Source: Bacteroidota bacterium
GTDB lineage: Bacteria > Bacteroidota > Bacteroidia > Flavobacteriales > Flavobacteriaceae
Assembly (NCBI GenBank): GCA_039028295.1
Contig: JBCCIJ010000023.1
Span: 1,322-65,321 of the forward strand
Reading direction: 5' to 3'
DNA length: 64,000 nt
A model generated the notes under the pieces. It had not been told where the DNA came from. It saw only the letters and a list, made by a program, of their open reading frames with translations, and searched no databases. This document shows positions 46,520 through 55,307 of this stretch, piece by piece. Position numbers and translations under genes: made by a program. Numbering within the stretch: the stretch's first letter is position 1; the number at the start of each line of letters is the position of its first letter.

Positions 46520-48082
46520 ATGAAACTGAATATCAAAGATACATTCACTGCGGAATTACCTGCGGATCCGATTCGGGAGAATACCCGACGTCAGGTGCAT
46601 AGAGCCTGTTATTCTTTCGTCGAACCCAAATTGGTTCCTGCAGCTAAAATAGTGCATGTTTCATCGGAAATGAGCGACGCGTTGGGTATTTCAGAAGAGG
46701 ACATTACTTCCGAAGCATTCAAAAATACCTTTACGGGAAACAGCCTTTTACCCGGCACAAAGCCCTATGCGATGTGCTACGGAGGTCATCAATTTGGTAA
46801 TTGGGCCGGACAATTGGGAGATGGTCGTGCCATTAATTTGACCGAAGTGGAACATAACGATTTGCGGTGGATCATACAATTAAAAGGGGCTGGTGAAACG
46901 CCCTATTCCCGTACTGCCGATGGTTTGGCCGTATTACGTTCGTCCATTAGGGAGTATCTATGCAGTGAAGCCATGTATCATTTGGGTGTGCCAACAACGC
47001 GTGCGCTTTCTTTAGCTCTTTCAGGTGAGAAGGTGCTAAGGGATGTTTTATATAATGGCAATGCGGCTTATGAAAAAGGAGCCATTGTCTCTCGCGTGGC
47101 CCCCTCATTTTTGCGATTTGGAAATTACGAGATTTTTGCAGCTCGACAGGATACGGAAACGCTGAAAAGGCTAGTAGATTATAGCATTTCAAAGCTGTTC
47201 CCGCATTTAGGGGAACCTTCGAAAGAGGCGTACGTTGCTTTTTTTAAGGAAGTTGCTGACCTTAGTTTGAATATGGTCATCCACTGGCAACGTGTAGGTT
47301 TTGTACATGGTGTAATGAACACGGATAATATGTCCATTTTAGGATTAACCATTGATTACGGGCCTTACGGGTGGTTAGAGGGCTATGATCCAGGATGGAC
47401 GCCCAATACCACCGATGCCCAAAATAAGCGCTATCGTTATGGGAGTCAGCCAGAGATAGTGTTATGGAATTTATATCAATTGGCGAATGCCTTGTACCCT
47501 TTAGTTGAAGAAGCCGAGGGTTTTGAAACGGTTTTGAGTAATTATAGAACAGATTATACGGTTCAATATTTGCAGATGATGCGCTCTAAAATCGGGCTTT
47601 TTTCCGAAGGCGAAAATGATCCTTTGCTTGTAAAGGACTTGGAAACCATTTTGCAGTTGACAGAGACCGATATGACGTTATTCTTTCGAAGTTTGAGCGA
47701 TTTCAGAAAAGGGGATGCCTCAAAAGGTCTGGAAGTCGTTAAAGATGCATTTTATGTTCCCAATGAGGTGAGCGATAGTATTGCCCAGCAATGGAGGGAA
47801 TGGTTTGCACGCTATAGTGAGCGTTTGGAGAAAGAGGCACTGTCTGATGCTGAAAGAAGAGAAAAAATGAATGCGATCAACCCCAAATACGTACTTCGGA
47901 ATTATATGGCTCAACTTGCCATTGACGCGGCAGATAAAGGAGATTATTCTGTTATTGATGAATTATTTCAGTTGCTAAAACAGCCCTATAGTGAACAAAA
48001 AGAGCTGGAGAAATGGTACGTAAAACGACCCGATTGGGCACGTCATAAAGTAGGCTGCTCTATGTTGTCCTGTAGTTCATAG
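46520..48082 (+). CDS. selO: SelO/YdiU protein adenylyltransferase
   Basis: GHQFG.WAGQLGDGRA, QLKGAGETPYSR.ADG.AVLRSSIREYL.SEAM, HGVMNTDN, DYGPYG; C-terminus CSMLSCSS (no in-frame TGA). Confidence 0.95.
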   Translation: MKLNIKDTFTAELPADPIRENTRRQVHRACYSFVEPKLVPAAKIVHVSSEMSDALGISEEDITSEAFKNTFTGNSLLPGTKPYAMCYGGHQFGNWAGQLGDGRAINLTEVEHNDLRWIIQLKGAGETPYSRTADGLAVLRSSIREYLCSEAMYHLGVPTTRALSLALSGEKVLRDVLYNGNAAYEKGAIVSRVAPSFLRFGNYEIFAARQDTETLKRLVDYSISKLFPHLGEPSKEAYVAFFKEVADLSLNMVIHWQRVGFVHGVMNTDNMSILGLTIDYGPYGWLEGYDPGWTPNTTDAQNKRYRYGSQPEIVLWNLYQLANALYPLVEEAEGFETVLSNYRTDYTVQYLQMMRSKIGLFSEGENDPLLVKDLETILQLTETDMTLFFRSLSDFRKGDASKGLEVVKDAFYVPNEVSDSIAQQWREWFARYSERLEKEALSDAERREKMNAINPKYVLRNYMAQLAIDAADKGDYSVIDELFQLLKQPYSEQKELEKWYVKRPDWARHKVGCSMLSCSS

Positions 48083-48104
48083 ATTTCATCTAATTCATAC
48101 AATT

Positions 48105-48497
48105 ATGCAAGAGTGGTATTTACCCATTACAATTTTACCTGGTTTAGGGATGCTTATTTTATCAACCACCAGTCAAATGATGGCTTTGAGTAGCGAGATA
48201 TCTGGTTTGTTGGAAAATAAATGTTCTCCTTTTCAGCATTTGGTCTCGGATAAGAAGTTGAAACAATTAGGGCTGTTGACCAGAGCGAGTGTATTGCTCT
48301 ACCTTGCTACGGGAGCCTATGTATTATCTGGAATTTTAGGGGCATTGTTAGACGGAAATTCATTTTTCGATCTTCCTAGTTTGACCCTGTATTTGGGGAC
48401 TATTTTTACTTTTATGGCTATCGTATTGTTGATTATTTATGCTTTTAGAGCGGTTGCCATTCGAAAATTGCAGTTTGAGAACAACCATAATTTATAA
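48105..48497 (+). CDS. Small three-TM membrane protein (DUF2721-like)
   Basis: ILPGLGMLILSTT and three hydrophobic helices. Confidence 0.55.
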   Translation: MQEWYLPITILPGLGMLILSTTSQMMALSSEISGLLENKCSPFQHLVSDKKLKQLGLLTRASVLLYLATGAYVLSGILGALLDGNSFFDLPSLTLYLGTIFTFMAIVLLIIYAFRAVAIRKLQFENNHNL

Positions 48498-48500
48498 CGG

Positions 48501-49022
48501 GTGGGGAGGATTCAGAAAATTGGTTTTGGTGGTGGGTGCCACTGGTGTACCGAAGCGGTTTTTCAATCTTTAATCGGGGTTGAACAGGTGGAGCAAGGTT
48601 GGATTGCCTCTGAAGGAGAAGCCGCTACTTTTTCCGAAGCGGTTATTGTGCATTACCGTCCTGAGGAGATTGCTCTGGCCGTCCTGGTGGAAATTCATTT
48701 GTACACTCACAAAAGCACCTCCCAGCACAGCATGCGGGAAAAATACCGTTCAGCTATCTATTATTTTGACCATGGAGTGAAGGAATCCTTGTCCTGCATT
48801 TTGGAACAATTGAACCCTCAATTTGACCATCAGTTGATCACTCAAATACTACCTTTCACCAATTTCAAGGCTTCGAGGGAAGCTCTTCAAAATTACTATT
48901 ATTCAAATCCGAAGAAACCGTTTTGTGAGACTTTCATCAATCCGAAATTGAAACTTTTGTTACAGCGGTTTTCCGAATATGCAGACCATGTTAATTTGGA
49001 ACATTTGAATAAACGCCCTTAA
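48501..49022 (+). CDS. msrA: Second, divergent MsrA-like methionine sulfoxide reductase
   Basis: GGGCHWCTEAVF, KYRSAIY, QNYY, PFCETFINPKL; GTG start. Confidence 0.75.
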   Translation: MGRIQKIGFGGGCHWCTEAVFQSLIGVEQVEQGWIASEGEAATFSEAVIVHYRPEEIALAVLVEIHLYTHKSTSQHSMREKYRSAIYYFDHGVKESLSCILEQLNPQFDHQLITQILPFTNFKASREALQNYYYSNPKKPFCETFINPKLKLLLQRFSEYADHVNLEHLNKRP

Positions 49023-49080
49023 AATGTTCTTATCAAACCATTTATGATTTTCAGAAGATAAAATGGTTATAACCACGTAA

Positions 49081-50667
49081 TTACTTAACTACAACCTTTT
49101 CTGTGATGGTACCTGTGTCTGTGGTAATTTTTAAAAAATAGATCCCAGATTTCAATGTTCCGCTCAGGTCTAGCTCAATGTCATATACGCTGCTTAATAG
49201 TGTTGGTTCTCCAGAAGTTGAATGGATGAGACGTCCATTAACCGTGAATAGGTTTAATTTGAGAGAGTCGCTTTGTAAATTACCAAGATGAATACGCATT
49301 TGTCCATTATTAGGGTTTGGGGTCACTGCAATGGAAATAGCTTTATTTTGATCTTGCACCGACAAAACGGGCTGATGCATAAATATTTGATAGCCATCGC
49401 AAGTTCCAAGAATGATGTCCAAATAACCGTCATTGTTGATGTCGATAAAATCGTGATCGTAGGTTGAAACATTCCAATCGTTGATCGTGCTTCCGTAGGG
49501 ATGAATGAGATCTCCGCTGTGAATACCTTCATTTTCGAATATCATAAAACGTCGGTCTTCACCTGTAAGACAGGGGGGTTCATCGGTATCCACGCTCGAT
49601 AGTGCTGCATCAAGATCTCCGTCATTATCCAAGTCGATCATTTTCACATTCCCTCCCCAGTTATCGGTTCGGTCTGTGGGTAATAAGTATTGAGATATGG
49701 TGAGACTTTCATCTACCACAAAGCCGGTAATAGAATTAACATAATCGGCAAAGTCGTCTACCTCGTAAAATTCGAGCATGCCATCATTGTCAAGGTCTCC
49801 GGCTGTAAACATATAGGTAGCTGCACCTGGGAGTTTATACCAATTGGTGAAAGTTCCATCGCCATTATTAAATAATGCGATCGTTCCTTTATCGTTAAAA
49901 GGAGGGATGTTATTCAACCCTAGGTTTTTGATGATATCGAGGTCGCCATCATTGTCTATGTCATGAATTTCGACTCCGGTACCAAAGCTTGAGTTTCTTA
50001 GTTCCCCCATCCGAGTTTCGGTTTCATCAGTAAAATTTCCATTGCCGTCATTAATAAACAGAACATCCAATGCCAATCCTGAAGAATCGTAGTTAACCAT
50101 ATATAGATCTGCAGCCCCATTTCCGGTAACGTCCCCTCCCCAACCTGCACAAAATTGAATAATGCCCAAAGTGAGTACAGGCAATCTTGTATTTGATTCA
50201 TCTTCAAAACCTAACCAATCCCCGTTGGTGTCATTACCTTGATTGATAAATAGTTTGGGTTGATCTGAAAACGTATTAACAATAAAAAGATCCAGCCAGG
50301 TGTCATTGTTTACATCTACGGGAATCACATCTCTGGAATCTTTTGGATCTGATAGAAAATCTGGAGCATATAGATCTGTTTGGTCTTCCAATACTCCATT
50401 TCGGTTCATTAATAGAAGATCGGTTTTTGCTCCGATGGTAGAAAAGGGAGCCTTTCTGACCACTACCAGGTCTATAAAACCGTCCTGATCAAAATCTCCA
50501 ATAGCCAGGTCTTTTTCCATGTCGTCTACTGCATTTGGATCGCTATTGTCGTTTACGTTGGTGATGGTAATTCTTGTATCGGTTTCTTCGGCGAGGTCGA
50601 TCCATTGGGCGCTCATGTTTCCGAAGAAAAATAAAGCGGCACAAATTGAAAGATAAATTGTTTTCAT
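49081..50667 (-). CDS. FG-GAP/VCBS repeat secreted protein with T9SS sorting domain (start moved to 50667)
   Basis: GDFDQDGFIDL, DVNNDTWLDL, DIDNDGDLDI, DLDNDGDLD repeats; PNPNNG..SGIYFLKI..TEKVVVK. Confidence 0.85.
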   Translation of the reverse strand: MKTIYLSICAALFFFGNMSAQWIDLAEETDTRITITNVNDNSDPNAVDDMEKDLAIGDFDQDGFIDLVVVRKAPFSTIGAKTDLLLMNRNGVLEDQTDLYAPDFLSDPKDSRDVIPVDVNNDTWLDLFIVNTFSDQPKLFINQGNDTNGDWLGFEDESNTRLPVLTLGIIQFCAGWGGDVTGNGAADLYMVNYDSSGLALDVLFINDGNGNFTDETETRMGELRNSSFGTGVEIHDIDNDGDLDIIKNLGLNNIPPFNDKGTIALFNNGDGTFTNWYKLPGAATYMFTAGDLDNDGMLEFYEVDDFADYVNSITGFVVDESLTISQYLLPTDRTDNWGGNVKMIDLDNDGDLDAALSSVDTDEPPCLTGEDRRFMIFENEGIHSGDLIHPYGSTINDWNVSTYDHDFIDINNDGYLDIILGTCDGYQIFMHQPVLSVQDQNKAISIAVTPNPNNGQMRIHLGNLQSDSLKLNLFTVNGRLIHSTSGEPTLLSSVYDIELDLSGTLKSGIYFLKITTDTGTITEKVVVK

Positions 50668-50954
50668 AGCATTGGATTTATCGATTTCCAAGGTAAAATA
50701 GTTACTTACAGAACTCGGGGTTATAAACAACAGTAATTTAATTCAGAATAAATTGAATTCAAAATAGTGTGAGAATATTATGACCTTCCTTGCCTGTGCC
50801 TTATCACCCTTTCCTTAACTAGACAGGTTAATGTCCCTAAGTTTTCCTGAACTTCTCAATTGAATTTACCGATGAATAAGTGTAACTAATTTGCCATGTG
50901 TACGTCTTAGTAATAATGGATGTTACATCGAATCAGTAATTACTTGTTACTTCT

Positions 50955-53018
50955 ATGGAACCCAACCACTTTATACTAGGTAATTGGAAGGTTGAACCAA
51001 AATTGAATAGGATTTCTCCTGTTCGGGGTGGTAAACACACCCAATTGGAACCTCAATTAATGAAGCTGCTTTTGTGCTTAAAGGATAATCAAGGGGAATT
51101 GGTCACCAAAGATGCTTTATTGAACGTAGTATGGAATGGTGTGATCGTTGGGGAGAACGTTTTAACCCGCGCTATTTCTTCGTTGCGCAAAGCCCTAGGA
51201 GATCATCCGCAAAATCCAACCTATATTGAAACTATTAGTAAAACTGGATATAGGTTAATTGCTAAGGTTGAGTTGCCAGATAAAGATGGCAAACAAAAGT
51301 TGCTGGATGGAAGATATAATAGATCTTATGTCATTGCTATTTCCATAGTATTCGTTCTATTATTTGCGGCATTTTCTAAATGGGGAGTGCTAGCTCCCGC
51401 GGAAAAAATTAAGGTCCTTCATCCCGTCGCGATTGCAAACAACGATTTCACCGAATATTACCCTGCCATTTCCCATGATGGTCAATTTGCTGCTTTTTCG
51501 TCGCGCCCAAATGATAGTCGAAATTGGGAGATTTATGTCAAAAGAATTGGAACGGAAGTGCTGGTTCCTCTAACCGATAATCCTGCGGTAGATATGAAAC
51601 CTGTGTGGTCTTCAGACGATGCTTATGTTTATTATATGCGTTACGAAGATGGGACTTCCAATATTTTCAAGGTCCCCATGACGGGTGGAAATGAATCGCG
51701 CGTTTTAACACCGGGGAAGTACTGTCATGGAAATTTCGATGTATCTCCGAAGAATGATCAAATTGCTTATAATAATAGATCAGACCGGGGGAAACCGCTT
51801 CAGATTGAACTAACGAACCTTGAGTTTGGTGAGAAAAGAACCATTTCAAATCCCCCAGAGGGTTATAACGGGGATATTCATCCCACCTATTCGCCAGATG
51901 GCACTAAATTGGGTTTTATTCGTGAGAAGAACCCTGTAAGTATGTATCTCTATGTTGTTGATATTGAAACAGGGGAAGAAACTCAGATTACGACGGAACA
52001 TGTTTCGATAAATGGTTTTGATTGGTCCACCGATGGGAAGTCATTGGTTTATGGTACCGACAAAACGGGTATTTATAAACTTTGGAAGGTAAATTTGGAA
52101 GATCAGGTAAGTACCTTATTGCCTGTAGCCGATTACCAAATGGTTATGCCCAGAATTGCGGATAATGGTCAAATGATCTATGCGAAACTTCAGGACAATG
52201 TAAATATATGGTCATTTTCTGCCCTAACAAAGGAGGCCAAATCGTGGCGCGCAACCAATGAGCTTGATCTTAATCCTAGTTTTTCTCCAAGTGGAAGCAG
52301 AGTGGCTTTCACAACCAACCATTCAGATTCTTTCCAGCTTTGGAGTAGCGATGTAGCCGGAGACGATGCTTTTGTCGTCACTGATTTCAAGGGGCAATTT
52401 TTGAATATCCCTCGTTGGTCTCCGGATGGGAAGACATTGGTTTTTCAAGGCTATCATGAAGGTCAATCGAACATATATACCGTTAACAGTCAGGGTGGAA
52501 TTCCCGAAAACCTCACTAAATCTGAGAGTGAAAATCATACTCCAATGTTCAGTGATGATGGTCAATATATTTATTACAGTTCAAACAGTTCGGGTAATTG
52601 GGAGCTTTGGAAGATGACGATTTCCGGAGGTCAACAGGAACAAATAACCACGGATGGCGGCTATGCACCTCAATTAAATCCAAAAGACGATTCGAAGATA
52701 TTCTTCGTGAAAAAGGATCAAATTGGTCTTTGGAGATTCAATCAGAAGGATGGGACCGAATCTTTGGAAATTGAATTATTCGACCCAAAAAAGTACGGCG
52801 CGTTCTCAGTGTCAGAAAAGGGGATTTATTTCTTCAATCCAGCCAATCGCACTATCGATTTCAAGGATTTTTCTACGGACGAAATTACCACCTTGATTCA
52901 ACCTAAAAAAATATCGCCATTGGGGATCAGTTTGAGTTATTCTGAAGAGAATAAACTACTCCTCTATGCTCAGGTTGATCATATAGATGCAGACATAATG
53001 CTGCTGGAAAGCAAATAA
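50955..53018 (+). CDS. ToxR/CadC-like membrane regulator: winged-helix DNA-binding domain, TM, PD40/TolB-like beta-propeller
   Basis: LEPQLMKLL..LRKALGD..YIETISKTGYRL; TM; repeats PxWSxDG/PTYSPDG/PSFSPSG/PRWSPDG. Confidence 0.88.
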   Translation: MEPNHFILGNWKVEPKLNRISPVRGGKHTQLEPQLMKLLLCLKDNQGELVTKDALLNVVWNGVIVGENVLTRAISSLRKALGDHPQNPTYIETISKTGYRLIAKVELPDKDGKQKLLDGRYNRSYVIAISIVFVLLFAAFSKWGVLAPAEKIKVLHPVAIANNDFTEYYPAISHDGQFAAFSSRPNDSRNWEIYVKRIGTEVLVPLTDNPAVDMKPVWSSDDAYVYYMRYEDGTSNIFKVPMTGGNESRVLTPGKYCHGNFDVSPKNDQIAYNNRSDRGKPLQIELTNLEFGEKRTISNPPEGYNGDIHPTYSPDGTKLGFIREKNPVSMYLYVVDIETGEETQITTEHVSINGFDWSTDGKSLVYGTDKTGIYKLWKVNLEDQVSTLLPVADYQMVMPRIADNGQMIYAKLQDNVNIWSFSALTKEAKSWRATNELDLNPSFSPSGSRVAFTTNHSDSFQLWSSDVAGDDAFVVTDFKGQFLNIPRWSPDGKTLVFQGYHEGQSNIYTVNSQGGIPENLTKSESENHTPMFSDDGQYIYYSSNSSGNWELWKMTISGGQQEQITTDGGYAPQLNPKDDSKIFFVKKDQIGLWRFNQKDGTESLEIELFDPKKYGAFSVSEKGIYFFNPANRTIDFKDFSTDEITTLIQPKKISPLGISLSYSEENKLLLYAQVDHIDADIMLLESK

Positions 53019-53155
53019 TTGCAATTAGGACATTAGGGGTTGATCTAATGTTAAAATAGAATCTTCAGAAAACTTTCATAAAAAAATGTAGCTATTGAAT
53101 GCTCGATGCACTTGCTTGGTATAATCAAATAAGTTTAATGATTAAATCAAACAAA

Positions 53156-54214
53156 ATGAAAAATTCTACATCAGTCAAAATTAGTTCGGTCGGGACTACC
53201 ATATTATCTTTTTTTATATGCTTATTATTCACTTCGTTGCATGCTCAAGAGTCGAAAATTGACATGGGTGATCGCTTTCAAATAAATAAGGATGGATCCT
53301 ATGTTACCTTTGAGGCGAGCTATTCTGGATTTCCAATAATTAGGGGATCGATCAAGGCCTACCAGGCGACTATTTTCTACGACCCCAACGAGATCGAAAA
53401 GACATCGGCAACCATTCGATTTGGGGCTGCAAGTATTTCTACGGCTCACGACAAACGAGATAAGGAATTAGCAGGCGCTTCCTTTCTTGATTCAGATAAT
53501 TTTCCAGGAATCTGGTTTCAGGGAATGGAGACAACGCTTACCAGCGGTGGGTTTGATATTGTAGGAACTCTTAACATAAAAGATGTCAATAAACAGGCTA
53601 TTGTACATGTTGAAAAACCGACCGTGATTCGTAAAGGAATGGGGGGAAGAGATTTGATGATGATGAAAGGAGAACTTGTTATAAATAGAAAAGACTTTAA
53701 ATTAGGTTTGGGCTCCACCTATGAGCAAATGCTCGGCGACGAAATTGCCATTGAGTTTCATTTCCTATGTTCCAACTACACCCTGGATTATTTGGAGGCC
53801 ACTTATATAAAAGAAATAGCACCCGGCAAGCAACATCCGGTAGGAATTCTCTATAAGGACATTAAGCAAAATGGGTTGAAAAGCGGAAAAAAGAAGATGG
53901 AAGCATTAGTAAAGGATGAGTTTTATTCTCAAGGAAACTGGCCCTCTATCCTCTCTAATTTGGCCTGGATATTAATGGTGGATAACAGGGCCGATGAAGC
54001 ACTCGAGTTTTATGATATGGCGCTGAAAATGAAGCCAGGACATCTTCCTTCATTGTTACGAATGGGCGATGCCTACGTTATTGGAGGACATCATGACAAG
54101 GCCTTAGATCATTATAAAGCGGAATACGAACTGGAGGCCAGAGCTCGATTTACGCACATTCCTCATATGATACATATGCTAGGTGGTTCCTTTAACATGA
54201 ATGGAATGAAATGA
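53156..54214 (+). CDS. YceI family protein with C-terminal TPR (start 53099-53156)
   Basis: ISTAHDKRDKEL..FLDSDNFP..GTLNIK..INRKDFKL; TPR EALEFYDMAL..GDAYV. Confidence 0.8.
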   Translation: MKNSTSVKISSVGTTILSFFICLLFTSLHAQESKIDMGDRFQINKDGSYVTFEASYSGFPIIRGSIKAYQATIFYDPNEIEKTSATIRFGAASISTAHDKRDKELAGASFLDSDNFPGIWFQGMETTLTSGGFDIVGTLNIKDVNKQAIVHVEKPTVIRKGMGGRDLMMMKGELVINRKDFKLGLGSTYEQMLGDEIAIEFHFLCSNYTLDYLEATYIKEIAPGKQHPVGILYKDIKQNGLKSGKKKMEALVKDEFYSQGNWPSILSNLAWILMVDNRADEALEFYDMALKMKPGHLPSLLRMGDAYVIGGHHDKALDHYKAEYELEARARFTHIPHMIHMLGGSFNMNGMK

Positions 54215-55254
54215 GAATTTGCCTATTAATTTTGTCGATGGTGTATGGTCTGCATGGATGTGGACAGCACAAAACGCAAGAATCCGTTTATGCTCGCGAC
54301 ACCATTCAAACTTCGGCTGTCGATCTAAAAGCGGCCATTCAAGTTGCGAGTAAATCAGAAAATATTCGAAGCCTGTTAGTAGTTCGAAAGGGAAATCGCA
54401 TTGTGGAAGAATACTTTGAGTCCTTCCCTAAGGATAGTTTAGAGCATATGCGCTCCGTCACTAAAAGTGTCATGGCTACTCTAATTGGAATAGCCATTGA
54501 TAAGCAATTTATTGGCGGGCTTGATGAATCAATTGCGAAATATATTGATGAGGCTACCAATGGACATAGTAAGATTACCATAAAACACCTTTTAACTATG
54601 ACCAGTGGTATTGAATGGGACGAAGGCATTGGGTATAACGATAATGATGAAATGAAAGCCGCTAAGAGCCAGTTAGATTATATGTTGAAAAAACCTATTG
54701 CCTACGAACCTGGCACTAAATGGAACTACAGTACGGGTGGAACCCACCTATTATCTATTATTTTGACCAGGGCTTCCGGGATGAGTACATTAGAATTTGC
54801 CCAAAAGTATTTATTTGAACCTTTGGGAATTAAGGACATACGATGGAAACGACTTTCCGGAGGATATTTTACAGGTGGCTCGGGCCTTGAACTAAGGCCT
54901 AGAGATATGATTCGTTTGGGAGAATTATTTCTCCACCAGGGAAATTACAAAGGAGAACAAATTGTTTCGAAATCCTATATGAAGGACGCGACGAGCATTC
55001 AGCAGCCACCTGATGAGTTTTTCGGAGATACCAGCGGCTATGGCTATTGTTTTTGGATTAGCAATGAGACCAAAGCCGAAGGATATGCTGCTCAGGGCTA
55101 TGGAGGGCAGACTATTTTAGTATTACCTAACTATGAAACCATCATAGTAACCACTTATAAGTGGCGTGTTAATGGGCACCAGGCTGGGAAACAACAAGAT
55201 GAGGTATTTGGCGTGGTGGCTGCTACTATTATGAAGGAGTTTGTCGATTTCTAA
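54211..55254 (+). CDS. Serine hydrolase (beta-lactamase family) lipoprotein
   Basis: MRSVTKS (SxxK), HLLTMTSG, WNYSTGG, AQGYGGQ. Confidence 0.88.
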   Translation: MRICLLILSMVYGLHGCGQHKTQESVYARDTIQTSAVDLKAAIQVASKSENIRSLLVVRKGNRIVEEYFESFPKDSLEHMRSVTKSVMATLIGIAIDKQFIGGLDESIAKYIDEATNGHSKITIKHLLTMTSGIEWDEGIGYNDNDEMKAAKSQLDYMLKKPIAYEPGTKWNYSTGGTHLLSIILTRASGMSTLEFAQKYLFEPLGIKDIRWKRLSGGYFTGGSGLELRPRDMIRLGELFLHQGNYKGEQIVSKSYMKDATSIQQPPDEFFGDTSGYGYCFWISNETKAEGYAAQGYGGQTILVLPNYETIIVTTYKWRVNGHQAGKQQDEVFGVVAATIMKEFVDF

Positions 55255-55269
55255 GGGGTCGAACAAATT

Positions 55270-55307
55270 AAGACCATATGATAAAAGGGAATTAATCATA
55301 TGGTTTT
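55270..55307. terminator. Terminator between the convergent serine hydrolase and GH63 genes
   Basis: accatatgat / atcatatggt inverted repeat followed by tttt. Confidence 0.7.

Noticed and set aside
46520-48082. Possible selenocysteine in SelO
   Set aside because: The C-terminus encodes Cys (tgt) and ends at TAG; there is no in-frame TGA.
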